Shown here: one piece after another, positions 1 through 13,542 of the stretch
How the letters are laid out: the number at the start of each line of letters is the position of its first letter
How positions within the stretch are numbered: the stretch's first letter is position 1
DNA from: Haliotis rufescens
Taxonomy: Eukaryota
Direction: 5' to 3'
Length of the DNA stretch: 64,000 nt
NCBI RefSeq assembly: GCF_023055435.1
Contig: NW_025963835.1
Span: forward strand, 29,264,001 to 29,328,000
Position numbers and translations under genes: made by a program
Notes under the pieces: model-generated
The model's database searches: none
Told to the model about the DNA's origin: nothing
What the model saw: only the letters and a program-made list of their open reading frames with translations

Positions 1-981
1 CCATCACCAACTTGAGATGACGGTGAAGAGATTTGCATATAAACTGTGACCCATGTTGTATACAAAATTACGCCATCAACTGGTCGTGTTATTCTGAAGT
101 AGAGATTTGTCGGATAACCCTGTTACACAGATCAGTCTTACACTGAAAAAGTGCAGCGTGGGGAGTGGTTTCAAGGAACACCAGCGATCGTTCTTCAAAG
201 TTCAATAATAAATACATTCATGTCATCTCAGTGTCAGATTAATCAACGCTAAAACAATGTCCGCCCCAGTGTTGCACATGGCCGTGTACTGGTGTTAGCA
301 TCACGCATCACGAAGCCAAGCAGGGCTACACACTACACAACTTGTGTATTTGTGTTACAACCTGGCCATTGAGAGGCTGTTGTGATGAGCCGCGGTAGAT
401 CCTGCTTCATGCTCGCAGACACCAGGGTAGTTGTTTGAGGCACGATGAACCATTAACCTCAGGTAAACTGTAAAGAGATTTGCACGAAAACTGTGACCCA
501 TGTTGTACACAAACTTTAACAATCAGACTGGTGGTGTTAATCTGAAGTAACCAGAAGTACACAATTGAGTAAGGAATGGATATCTATCTGTACATTAACA
601 TGTCAGATGTAACCTCGTCTATAACGACTGAAAGAGGTGAGAGTGGACTATTAGTGAGGGAATCAAACCAGGTTGTTTTTGACGGGTGTGACACCTGATG
701 TTTACCGTATATTCCCTAAAAATATATCGAAGTTTGGACTGTTGTAGTCCGTTTGAGACTACTCTGCTAAATTACATTGACAAAGGCGAGTTATAATTTT
801 CACATCAGTGTAACAGAGAAGACGAATAGTGGGGACAAAGTTAGAGGTTATGGCATAGAATGCTGTGTTTCTTCAATTATTAGTCGTATAAAACACACAA
901 GAATCTATAAACACATTGAATATAATATCCAAACCCCAATCACAAAGCTTCATTTTCTCTATCAATTAGTAAAGACTATCA

Positions 982-1518
982 CATCATCCCGAGGCAAGAG
1001 AGTTAACTGACTTTTAAAGTCAAGTTTCCACCCTTGCCGAACTAGGCTGGTATTATAGAGTTACGTTTTGGCTGGACTGACGAGTCTATGCATAGTCCAA
1101 TCAAAATCGCGCAACGAAATCGAAATCCGGTTCGAAAACTGTCATACAGATTTCGGTCGACTGTATCATTTCCAAAACGTGCACCCCTAACTCAACAGAT
1201 ATTTTCTAAATCATTTCATGTTTAGAATCAAGGTGCTCCCGTGATTTGATGCACTTCGCGATGTAAGACTCGTTTTACCACAATATAGATCTTGATGATC
1301 GATTAGATCGTCTTGACTGGGCGCCGCCGTTTTGTTTGAAGCAAATGCAAGTGATACGAGAGGTGGAATCTGATCGGTCTATAGGAGAGGCATAGAAGGG
1401 ACATAACTCGTAATAGCCACAGGTGGCGCTACGATCGAGCCAAGGGATTCCAGCCTAGTTCGGCAAGGGTGGAAACTGGACTTTTAAAGTCAGTTAACTC
1501 TCTTGCCTCGGGAAGATG
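982..1518. mobile_element. Non-autonomous DNA transposon (MITE), 69-bp TIRs, 9-bp TSD
   Basis: 982-1050 (CATCATCCCGAGGCAAGAGAGTTAACTGAC...CTAGGCTGG) is the near-perfect reverse complement of 1450-1518. AGACTATCA flanks both sides (973-981 and 1519-1527). Confidence 0.92.
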
Positions 1519-2346
1519 AGACTATCAGAGATCATCAGTATTCCCATTGTGCGAGAACTGGAAGAGTAGTGTGGTATACTTTTGTTATCCTGCTTTCGTG
1601 AGATCAAATTGGAAAACATGAACTTGGTGTTCATCACATACGATGTACTAGATGCTGACGATATTTCAATGGAGTCGCCCCATGATGAAGTAGAGTTAAC
1701 ATAATGTACCTGCAATATACAAAGAAATGGTGGAAGCGTGCGTGATGGCAGATGTTGACATCCCCGTTGATGAAGTCGTACATGATGGCTGACATTGTCA
1801 TCCGAGTTGATGTAATTATACACGGGAACTGATATTGATCTCGCTGTAGATGTAGTGGTACGAGTGGTTGATGTCGTCCATGTGTACGTTGTCGAACGTG
1901 TTGGCCGATGTTCTCATTCCAATTGATGAAGTCGTACATGATGGCTAAGGTAGCATCCGTGTCGATGTAGTTGTACAGAGGAACCGATGTCGACCCCCCA
2001 ATTGTTGTAGCTGAAGGTCAAGATAAATGGTTGCTTACGTATGGGTTATCGACACTCTTTGTTGGGTATGTCATCCAACCCCGAAACCAGAAGTAAGACA
2101 CAGAGTCTAACCTTTGAGGAAATTATGTGGCCAGTTCCTATCACTCGACGTTGATATAAACTGTTTGTTAACAGACTTATTAATGGATGGTATACTATTT
2201 CAAGAGCAAATGGATTTAATCTTGATTACACACCAGAAGGGATATGCCATCTCGTTCCTATCTATTGTGTTATATGTGTGAAGTCAATGTCTGGTGTCCC
2301 GGTGGAATATCGCTAAAACTGGGTAAAACCAGACACAGTCCTCATG

Positions 2347-2481
2347 NNNNNNNNNNNNNNNNNNNNNNNNNNNNNNNNNNNNNNNNNNNNNNNNNNNNNN
2401 NNNNNNNNNNNNNNNNNNNNNNNNNNNNNNNNNNNNNNNNNNNNNNNNNNNNNNNNNNNNNNNNNNNNNNNNNNNNNNNNN
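2347..2481. other. Assembly gap (135 N)
   Basis: Run of N near a unit junction of the tandem array. Confidence 1.
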
Positions 2482-3418
2482 CTCCTTCTAGAATGGGATA
2501 GCTACATTCCTTCCTGGAGCATTATAAAAGTGTCATTTCATTACAGATAAAAACAAGTCTGTTAGTGTAATCTGAATCATCAGGAACCGGAAGTGAGTTT
2601 TGCTCAAGAACAAATGATGGCCTGTGTCTGGTATGTGTGTTGAGGATGTCAGTCAGTCCAAACAATGTATCATAGTCTGTTGGAGACCCGTCTTTATATT
2701 CATTACCAGACCATTAGTGCTTGTGTAGCGATGACAGTTCGGTGCAGTTCATGGATGTTTGATGCTATCCGAATCTCGTCGCGAGTGTTGACACATATCA
2801 CACCCTCCATATATAACCTGTAAGATTTCACTTTCCAGCCGTGTACTTAAGGACTGGATTACATCATGTTAATTTACAGTCAGTTCTTCTTCCACGGTTT
2901 TCTGCTGTTGAATTCAGTATAACGCCGCCAAGTTTGATGGTTTACGTTTGTGAACAGCATTGGCCACAGTCTTCGTTTACAAGTTGATGATGGTCCCTGG
3001 TGTCTGTGAACGTCATCTCTCGGTCTACTGCAGCTCATCACAAGATAACAGCCCCTCAATGGCCAAGTTGTAAAACAAATACACAAGTTGTATAGTGTGT
3101 CGCCCTGCGTAATTTGTGCTGCGTGATGTTAACTTTCATTACACGTAAATCTATTGCACGTTGTAGACACCTTGTGGGGTTCGTGCATTGACATTTCTAA
3201 AATTAAACATGTTGTTTAAGATGCATCTTTTACTTGATGCACAGTTTTTTTTCTTTTCAAGTTCTCTAAAATATTTAGTTATTTATAGAATTTAGTCGAA
3301 ACGAGACTTCATATTTTTCTTTGGAAGAATGTTCCAAGAGGTTTTCTATTTTGGTGTTTCAATACTGCTTCTGACATAAGTGTCAATTGTTCTTTTTTTA
3401 TTCTGACAAACTATTTGT

Positions 3419-4075
3419 CTGTTTGTTTGTTTGGTTGTGTTTAACGCCGCACTCTGTCACTATGTCAGCTATATGGCGGGGGTCTGTAAATAATCGAGTC
3501 AGGACCAAACAATCAAGTGACTAGCATCATGCATGAGCATCGATCCATTCCTCAATTGGGGTACGATCACAGGCATCAACCAAGTCAGCGAGTCTGACCA
3601 CTCGATCCCGTTAGTCGTCTCTTACAACAAGCAGTGTAAGGTTTATATTTAACGTTCATAATTTTTTTACTTGTTGTATGAGCGCACGACTAGAGAACAA
3701 TAACTCTAGTATTTTGTTACGTGGCTGAGTGAGAGGCGGGCTCGTGTCTGTTGATTGTCGAAATGCGGAGCGTATAAAACGGTATGTAAACTTTATTTGT
3801 GTGAACATTGCTGTTATTATGATATCTAACGTTCAGAATTGTATTTTTGGTAACATGTTATGTTGTTGATAGATTATTTATCGAAAAGCAAATTTTTGAA
3901 TTATTTGACTGCTTTATACATTGTTGTTTTATTAAATTTTGCAGTCAAACTTATCCTTCTGAATGTATCTCGACCATATCATGGAATAAATCGACGGTTG
4001 GATTGGAATTGTCGTTCGCTCTTATTTACGTCAAGCATGGGTTGCAGAAGACCTATTCTAAACCGGATCTTAACG
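3419..4075 (-). mobile_element. Bipartite non-autonomous retroelement copy, interrupted by a ~390-bp insertion (about 3634-4021)
   Basis: Matches the copy at 48167-48430. The paralogous copy at about 34886-35150 lacks the insertion. Confidence 0.75.
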
Positions 4076-6297
4076 AGGCCTGACAATCAAAGAAATCAAA
4101 AGCAGACCGCAGAGCATTGGTTGATCATGCTTCAAAACGAGTGAAATGTTGTTCCTATGGAAACATCATGCTGAATGAAGTCAACTTTAGGTACTTAAAC
4201 AAAGGATTTGCATTTGTATAATTATACTACATCGTAAAACCCTAGTATATAATTTCATGTGTGCCCCGATCACATTCTTTAAATACATTTGTTAAAACCC
4301 AAGAGGCGATAATCCGTTTCTCCTTCCAGCTCAGTTGTTATTCCCCAGTGTCGTATGGCGGTACCGGAAGTGTATGTGAGTAATGACAGAGCATTTTTAA
4401 ATATTGTCTTTTGGTTGGTTCACTGATTAAAACATGCACTATTTGCTGAATGGAGCTTGTCACTGAGTACTTATGCCCTGTGTCGTCTATATCTACTGCC
4501 GTGTGCACGAGCGATGAAAGCCATGTTATTCCTGTAACTTGTTTGGAAGTTATCAGATAACGCGATTATTGTTATGAAGCATATGACATGCAGATTCTTC
4601 CTCTTCAATGGGACTTTGGCCGTTAATAATGACCTACTTTACCACATAATAAATATGGGGAATGAATTCTTTCTAGTGAAGATGTTCCCGTTGATTAAAG
4701 TCATTAGACGCCCTTGTACGTTAAAGGCCAAGACTGTGTTCAGGAGCTTTCGGGCAAGATATGTGTCATATTCCTATAGGCTCCAGTAAACCAACAACTT
4801 CAGATCTAACAACGGTGTTTGCGTGTCTTAAATAATAGATGATATGAATAATTAATTGAAATAAGTTCACATAAGTAGCTATTGCTGTACTCAATAGTAT
4901 GTTTTTATGTCAAATGCATTGGAAACATTTTTAGGCCAAAAACATAGTGTAAGCGATCTTCAATGTCCAAACTGTTGAATTTATTTACAGTGTTCTGGGG
5001 ACCATGGAAGATATAGTGACACATCTGTGGGTCAGGACAAGCGGAGTGCCAACATCAGGCAGCAGTTAATGAATTGCATGTTGATGAAGTTCACTGGATC
5101 TAAAACAACAGTTTTCCGAGAAAATTGACGAACTTGACGGACTGTAGTACATTTAAAGAGTGCATACATTGCCATCGCCATGTCTTTTCTGGCTGTTCAT
5201 CTTATAGAAGCTCTGAAGTACGTTATGCATTGGTTTTGGGAAAGATGACATGTCGACAATTCGACCATTTACAACCTGTGATGTGCCTTTAATGTATCAA
5301 CTCTTTGAAAGGCATTCTGAAGTTATACACATAAGGAAGAGAATTTATGCATGTCAACTTCTTTGTTATGAATATCACAACGTTTCGGAGTATATACTTA
5401 CTCCTTCTCAGGTGAATAAATGTTATGAGGTGTCAAAGGCGTTGACATTCATAAATTCTCTTCATTCAAAATGTCATTTTGTGTGAGATATGGTCAGATG
5501 TGGTCAACATTCAACTGAACTGTTTATGTCGACTCCAACGCCATAGGTCGTGGGTGTCATCGATATTAATGGACGCCATCCACAGCACTTTAATCTCATC
5601 ACTTCAGTGGGCGGAACTCGTCCTTTAGGCTTGGGAAAGAACATATTTCTAATATGGTGAGTGATAAGGTCATCGTGACCTCAAATCATATTTCCTTTAA
5701 ATGTCAAGTATGCCAAAGAAATTTCAATTCATACAAATAACTTTAGAAATTGTAAAACGTTGTTGAAAATGTCATGAATGTCACCGAAATATCAATTGAT
5801 GAAAATAGCTGTGGAAGTTTTAAAATGTTACACAGGGATTTATTGATTTTAAATTTTGTGGTGTTTAAACAATCTTTTAATTATATTTTACATTTGCGTT
5901 TCTTACTTTTGCGATTAATGCTTACGTAGGGCAGATGAGAACGACGCCATCTTGTAAATAGGATGTTTCAGAATATGCGTTTCAATGTGAGTGTGAGCGT
6001 GCACACGTTCGTTCGTGTATGCATGCATGTATGTTTGTCACACAGAACTGACGATGTCGCCAGTAAGCGAGTCAGCTCCTGTGTCAGTATCGATCGTGGA
6101 GTAATTGACGTCCAGCTTATTAAATGTACATTGAAGTATTAGTGGTAATCCAGGAGAGACATGATTTATTTCCTTTTTTCGACAATCGTAGCCAAGACAG
6201 CTTTGCGTATAGGCCTCCAGATCACCTGAGTGTCTGAGGTGAGACGTCTTCAGCCGATCGTGGTTGTGAGAAGCGCGAACATGAAATCACATTTCAG

Positions 6298-6606
6298 TGA
6301 GTGAGTGAGTGATTGAGTTAAATTTTACATCGCATCGGCAATATTGCAGCCATATCGCGATGAGAACAAGATAATAATTTCGATATTCCTGTCAACAAAG
6401 GACAGTAAAACGGTAGGGTAAATATCACAATTAAACAATAAAACAAACCAGATCAAATTTAAAACAGCAGTAAATACATAGAATAATAATAGCAATTAAA
6501 AATAGGCTATACACCACCAGCAACCAAAGTTAGACCACCTCACTGAGAATCATGGGGACTTACATTACCTTTGCTTCCTGCATGAATCCCCAGCAGGATT
6601 TATGTC
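6298..6606 (-). mobile_element. 5'-truncated I-group LINE 3' end, 14-bp TSD
   Basis: (GAGT)n tail plus similarity to the 3' UTR at 56505-56825. TSD AAATCACATTTCAG at 6284-6297 and 6607-6620. Paralogous units (about 18105 and 37715) show the empty site. Confidence 0.88.
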
Positions 6607-7124
6607 AAATCACATTTCAGCTGAGGAACCAAAGTGGGAAATGTTTGTGAGTAGGAACATGTGATGGCAGCATGAGGTTATTTGATCTGAAAACATATAT
6701 TGATGCTTGCCGTTTTTTCGATATTCGCTTGTCTATTCGTGCAAGCTTGGATCACTTGGCCAATACAGAACGTATCTCAAAGATAGTTGGTATTTCACTG
6801 TCACTGTTAGGGTGAGTGATGGAGTTACAAGTAGGGTATATACCACTCCATGGTCGAGGCATAAGCAGTTCATGCTGCATTACTCCAATCTATTTCACGC
6901 ACATTCATGTGCCTGTCTACCCTTGGAGATACTGGAGCTTCACATTATGTTTTAAGTCTTATTTCACAAACTAACACAAATGCAACTCATTCATCAGAAC
7001 GAAGAGCATAAAATAAGAGTAGGGCACAAACACAGTGGACCAGCAATTGTAAAGAGTAATACATAATGTACTTGGTATCAGTGCATGCATTGAGTTACAT
7101 AGCTCAGAGAGTCGCAATTGATAC

Positions 7125-7493
7125 CTGTTGTCAACCCCGTTTATGTAGTCGAACGTGAGGAATGATGTTGTCAACCCCGTCGATGTAGTCGTACGTGATG
7201 GCTGATGTTGTCATCCCCGTTGATGTAGTCGTACGTGATGACTGATGTTGTCATCCCCGTTGATGTAGTCGTAGGTGATGGCTGATGTTGTCATCCCCGT
7301 TGATGTAGTCGTACGTGATGGCTGATGTTGTCATCCCCGTTGATGTAGTCGTAGGTGATGGCTGATGTTGTCATCGCCGTTGATGTAGTCGTACGTGATG
7401 GCTGATGTTGTCATCCCCGTTGATGTAGTCGTAGGTGATGGCTGATGTTGTCATCCCCGTTGATGTAGTCGTACGTGATGGCTGATGTTGTCG
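7125..7493. repeat. 40-bp minisatellite, about 9 units (TGATGTAGTCGTACGTGATGGCTGATGTTGTCATCCCCGT)
   Basis: Direct tandem repeat. Shorter or more diverged arrays at about 1740-2000, 15410-15710, 18640-18770, 33770-34075 and 38230-38390. Confidence 0.95.
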
Positions 7494-10400
7494 TCAAATA
7501 GTGATGATACCATTCAGTGTCCGCTACAATGTGAGCATATCCTATTCCGCTGGTTGCACCAGCCCAAACACATGTGATGGCAAATCAATTGCTCCATTGG
7601 AACAAGAAAGCTTGTTTGTATCCTAAAAATCAGAAGTAGTTGTAACATGTTTGACGAGTGAACAAAGAAATTCCTATAGGTTGATTTTATTACAGAAAAA
7701 GCAAGTTTGTTTGTCTAACCTCAGCCATCATGGCCCGGAAGTGGGTTAAGGACGTACATGTTCCTTGCCCATGAGCTACTGTTTGGCACGTGGGTTAAGT
7801 ATATCAGTCACTCAAACAAAGTATTTCTGACATCACCTCTGACTCTGCCTTAACGGGTTGTTCGAAACACACCACATGCTTATATGTATTATGGTGTGGT
7901 GATTACAGCTCCGTGCAGTCCATGGATGTTTGACACTGTCAGACTCGCGTGGTAAATGTTGTGACACGTGTCACATCCGTCAAATATGTATTTCACTACA
8001 AATATCTACTTTCACGTCTTTAAGGGATAGCTTGCCTCTTACATGTTAATTGATAGATATCCATTCCTCCTTCCACTGTGTACTTCCGTTTAATTCAGAA
8101 TAACACTTCCTATTTTGATTGTGTCATTTTGTATATACAGCATTTGTCACAGTATTCGTGCAAATCTCATTTACAGTTAACTTGAAGTTGATGATGGTTC
8201 ATCGTGTTTGAAACTCAACCCTGGTGTCTGCGAACGTGAAGCAGAATCTTCTTCGGCACATCACAAGGTAACAGTCTCCCAATAGCCAGGTTGTAAAACA
8301 AATACACAAATTGTGGCAATATGTATTGGCTTTGTGCCGTATGGTTGAACACACCAACACCATGTTTGCTGTTTGGACGGGGATATTGTTGTATCGTAGA
8401 TTAATCTAACACTAATGTGACACAAAAAGATGTTTCAAATGAACTTTAATTTGAAGAGCAGTTGCTGACGGTCCTTCTAAATAACGTCCGGGATCCGGAA
8501 GCGTCCGGGAACGTCAGGTAGAATGATACAAGTGGGTGAGCGAGTGAGTGAGTGAGTGAGTGAGTGAGTGAGTTTGGTTTTACGCCGCTCTTAGCAATAT
8601 TCCAGCAATATCACAGTAAATGGGCTTCACACATTGTAATGATACTAAGTAACAAAGTGTATTCTATATAATTGTGTCTTTAATGAGGATGGCAACCCCC
8701 TTCCTCCCTTGAATCACGACCACAAGTTCTGTTGATGATATTGCCGTGTCAAGTATTCAACAGTACGCTGGTAAGATGCCGGAGACTCCACTGAAGGTGA
8801 CAGGAAACGGTAATTGTCTGTCAGTATTGGTGTCTCTGGATCAGAAATCAGAGCCACAGAACTGCAAGTGAATAAGTATCTTATATATGTTAAACAAGTA
8901 ATGATTACTTTAACTCACACAGGTTAGACTTGGCTTTCAGCCATCGAAACAGATTCCATCATGCGTAATAGCTGTGAAAATTATATCGATAACCGAAAAT
9001 CAGTGATGACACCGGGTGTCATGCCCTGCTGCCAGCAACCGCCACCCACACAATTTGCTTAAAAAGTAAGTGTTTTGTTTTTTGCCTCACGCCGGACAGC
9101 AGTACTCCTGCCATTCGACGGCGGCCTGTAATCAACCAGAAAATCAAGTGATGGACCAAAAGATCTAGTGACATGACATGACATGACATGATTTTGTTGA
9201 TTAAGAAAACCCCGAAATGTTAATTTTGAATATGTCTGCTGTTTAAAGAGCAGAGATTATGCTGCATATAAATAACGAAAGACGTTTCAGAAAATGTTTC
9301 GCTTTGCAACAGAATTGGGGGCAGTTTTAATGTCTTGGCTAAAACATTAAGCCACGGTTCTACAAACAGCTGAACGAAGCAGCGAGACCCAATGTTTACC
9401 AGGATAATGCTGGACTGGTTATACCGTTCATTGCTGCCATACTAAGATCTGTATTCTCAAACATGATCCAAAATTTCAATTGACGTTTTTATGTGGCAAT
9501 ATCCTTTTTGAAAACATTATAGGGAGTTGATGGTTTGAACAAACAAAATTGGAAACATTTGGAAACAGTGAACGGGAGGTGATGATTGTGAGGAATATTG
9601 TTAATCACGTCAAGAAACCAGGTAGCTGGGTGCAATAATTGTGACCGGAATATAATACAGAAGTTATTTCTTTCCCGACTGAAATAAATGGCTTGTGTTT
9701 TTCAAAAGTGGCTATATCCATGGATATTGTGTGAATCATCCGCATATTGTTAGTTGGTGGTTGTTATTGCGTTTTGCCATATATTGATCACAGTTATATG
9801 ATCGAGGTGTGACTGTGTGAAGCATAAAGTGCCATTTCAGAATTACAAACCGTAAAGTAAAAGTGAAATTTAATTAAACATCATGAACTTTAAAATGTGC
9901 ATAATTAATTGAAATAAGTAAATTGTTAACGAAGTGTGAAGTGAGAACTGTGACCTGTAAACAATGGACAGTGAATTATGAAGTAAGAACTGTGACCTGT
10001 AAACAATGAACTATGAACTGAGAACTGTGACCTGTAAATAATGATTGTAAAGTATGAACGTTAGGGACCGACCATTTGATATTCAATGATTTTGAAAAAA
10101 GAAAAAACAGATTGTAACAATGGAATGTCTGAAACATAATTATTGTTTTCACGAATTTTTGGGAAGTTGTAGTTTTTCCATAAACTCTCAGAACCCAATA
10201 TTCCAATTCCAATATTCATAATGAATGAGTGCTCGCAAATAGGTGAGCTTATCCTATGTAACATACGTTGTATTTGGGATAACACTCGTAATAAAGTAAA
10301 CATTCTAGTACTTGTTTGTTTGGGTGGAGGCCCATCCGGGATTCGACCCACACTTCTTAAAGTAAGGCACCTAATCGCCAGCTCACTCAATAGGCGACCT

Positions 10401-12967
10401 CACCACTTTCCAAAAGTCGGACGTTTTTTGTGGAAGCCTTGGTGGCTGAGTGGGTTAGGTCCCTGACTTTGTGTGCTGGCGATATACTGCTTCACTGACT
10501 CCTTGTCCCACACTTAATTCCTCCATGAACACCGTGTTGATGGCTTCCTGGTTGTGTATTTTACCATTGTGTGTAATGTCAGTTTGTTAAGTAAACTGTT
10601 AAATCCAAAGTACACAGTGTATGCACTGTGATGATTACATTGAGCAGAACAGCACACTGAGAGATGTAAGTTACTTTCCATGTTAAAGGTTCAGATTTCA
10701 CATAAAATGCTGAATTATATAGGAAAATGTATTTTTGATGTCTGTTTCATGGCAAGTCTAATTTATAAAACCGCATGTAACTAAACAAATGATTTCTATG
10801 GCAGGTTGTTTATTTTTTACCATTCACCTGTACATTTATTTACACGGTAGAACGGATGTAAGCAGACAATGAACACATTCAACACGCTGTGGGCTGTAGT
10901 GTACGAAGGCTGGTGTGGCTAATGGGAAACCTCCGGCTGTAGGAGGCCTTCGACAGAAACACTAATCGTTGATTAAGTAGCCATTATTCTATTATATGTT
11001 TTAAAACAGACCTGCTCTTATTCTCGTCAAGAGGAGCATTATATATGCGCAAATACTTGGCACAGGGTTAAAGTTATGTTAGAGCCGATACATTAAAACT
11101 GCCCCCACTGTGTTGCAAAGAGAACTCATTCCCAAACGTTTTTCTTTACCTGTAGGCAGTCGAATCTCTGTACTTGTACACAGCAGACGTAATTTAAACT
11201 TAACAAATTGTTTTTAGTTTTAACAAAGTCCATAAATGCACTATTGTGTCAGTTGGTTTACATGCAAATGCAAATCACTTGATTGATGGTTTGTTTACAG
11301 GCTGTCATATGATAGGAGTACTGCTGTGCGGCGTCAGAAAAAAACTATGCATTTTTACATGCAAAGGCATGTCATCTCAAGGTTAGACTGTTCTCGGATC
11401 TGAGAACACTTGCGTCGAAACAATACACGGCCCCACACTGTTGGTCTGGTAAACCACGCAGAACAAAGACACGGAGCAGAATAACACGTTACTACAACTT
11501 GTGTATTTGTTTTGCAACTTGGCCATTAATGTGCTGTTATCTCGTGATTAATCAGGGTGGACCCAAGGCTGATGTTCGCAGGATTCCATGATAGTGTTTG
11601 AACCACGATGAACCATCACCAACTTGAGATGACGGTGAAGAGATTTGCATGTAAACTGTGACCCATGTTGTATACAAAATTACGCCTTCTAACTGGTCGT
11701 GTTATTCTGAAGTAGAGATTGGTCGGATAACCCTGTAACACAGATCACTCTTACACTGATGAAGTGCAGCGTGGGGAGTGGTTTCAAGGAACATCAGCGA
11801 TCGTTCTTCAAAGTTCATTAATAAATACATTCATGTCATCTCAGTGTCAGAGTAATCAACGCTAAAACAATGTCCGCCTCAGTGCAGCACATGGCCATGT
11901 ACTGGTGTTAGCAACTTCTGTATTTGTGTTTCAATCTGGCATTTGAGAGGCTGTTATCTTGTGATGAGCCGCGGTGGATCCCGCAGACACCAGGGTAGTG
12001 TTTGAGACACGATGAACCATCAACTTCAGGTAAACTGTAAAGCGATTTGCACGAAAACTTACTTAAACCATCAAACTGGTTGTGTTAATCTGAAGTAACC
12101 AGAAGTACACAATGGAGTAAGGAATGGATATCTGTACATTAACATGTCAGATGTAACCTCGTCTATAACGACTGAAAGAGGTGAGAGTGGACTATAAGTG
12201 TGGGAAACAAACCAGGTTGTTTTTGACGGGTGTGACACCGGTCACAACATCCTTGAACCGCACGAGGCTGTAATCGCCACACTGGCACTGGTGGTCTGGT
12301 AATGAATATAAAGATGTTCTATGTCGCCAGCGGATTCTGATAGAAGCTTTAGAAGCGATTTAACAAACACAAATTGTTTTGTCTGTAATAAAATGAGCCT
12401 ATATGAATGTAGGATATTCACTCTCTAGTTTTCAACTTCAATGACAAGCCCTTCCACAGAATGGCTATGCCAACCTGGGATGGAAAGGCTGCGTAAAAAA
12501 TTACTATTGAATCATCTATCAAGGCAAAAGAGTGATGCAAATTATGTGAATGTATCGCTGAAAATCAGTGATGACACCATATGTTCGCTAAAAGTTGATA
12601 TATTTTTTCCCCGGGCCATATAACATGTATTGACCTCTTATTACGTCTTTGACTCTATATTATCGTCACCTCATTATAATTTCAATGTGCAATGAGAGAT
12701 GTCACACCCAGTTTTGCTGTCTACCAAGTACAGACATTACATTAATTCAGTATTATTATCAGCGTGAACCGGCTTTAGACGTGCTGTAAGCTCGTGTGTA
12801 CACAGGGTTGTGGCCTCGACGTTCTGAAATAAATACTGCCTTGCATTGCATTGACCTGACTTCAAAATATTCACACTTTTGTTACACTATGCGACCTAAA
12901 CACTTTTGCTCGTTCCGGAACAAATCAGTTCAAATTTGTAAAGTAAAGATTTGTTGCATTAGCTTTG

Positions 12968-13170
12968 TTAGCTGAGAGCAAAAGACTTGACAATATCAAG
13001 GTATGTCATTCTTAATATAATCATGACTTGGGGAGAATTATTGAGGAATTTCATTTTATATTGATTTATCTTCTTTATAAAAGGAGCAGAAAACAATTTA
13101 CTCCTGAACCTGTGTGTTAGATTTCCAACAAATCTGTTGTATGCTATACTATTAAATGTTTCATTGTGTA
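12968..13170 (-). pseudogene. Degenerate Penelope-like element fragment (post-RT region); second copy about 31590-31770
   Basis: Translation YNRFVGNLTHRFRSKLFSAPFIKKINQYK...ILRMTYLDIVKSFA resembles, from memory, the FYGDLVYKFRKI...LRQTACLV segment of PLE proteins. Confidence 0.4.
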
Positions 13171-13542
13171 GACCGTTCAATACTTTCCCCATATCACAGC
13201 TATTTAATCATTACATAACGACTATTTAGTACGTGTTTCTTCATCCCTGATCCCAGGTTCCTAACGATAGTGTTAACATACAGAGCAGATGTAGTCGACT
13301 TCACATGCTCGTTGATGACATAAATGGACTCAATCAGCAACACTTTTGTTGTCGGTAATCTCATCACATCAGTGGGCGGAAGTTGTCATTTAGGCCTGGG
13401 GAGGATCATATCTCTACAATGTGATGTGACAAGGTCACTGTGACCTCATATCTGATTTCCTCTAAATGCCATGCATGATTTCAGTAATATTTCAGCATTA
13501 TCCCAAAATGGGGACACCAGAAATGGGCTTCAGGCAGAGTAC

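Noticed and set aside
7125-7493. CRISPR-like reading of the regular 40-bp repeats (also the 42-bp and 29-bp arrays)
   Set aside because: Units are head-to-tail with no unique spacers, there are no cas genes and the context is eukaryotic. These are minisatellites.
8995-9020. Recurrent RTGATGA (box C-like) motif suggesting a C/D snoRNA cluster, or in-frame TGA-TGA suggesting selenoprotein codons
   Set aside because: No consistent box D with terminal stem at a fixed distance, no stable reading frame and no recognisable SECIS. Recurrence is explained by duplication of one cassette.
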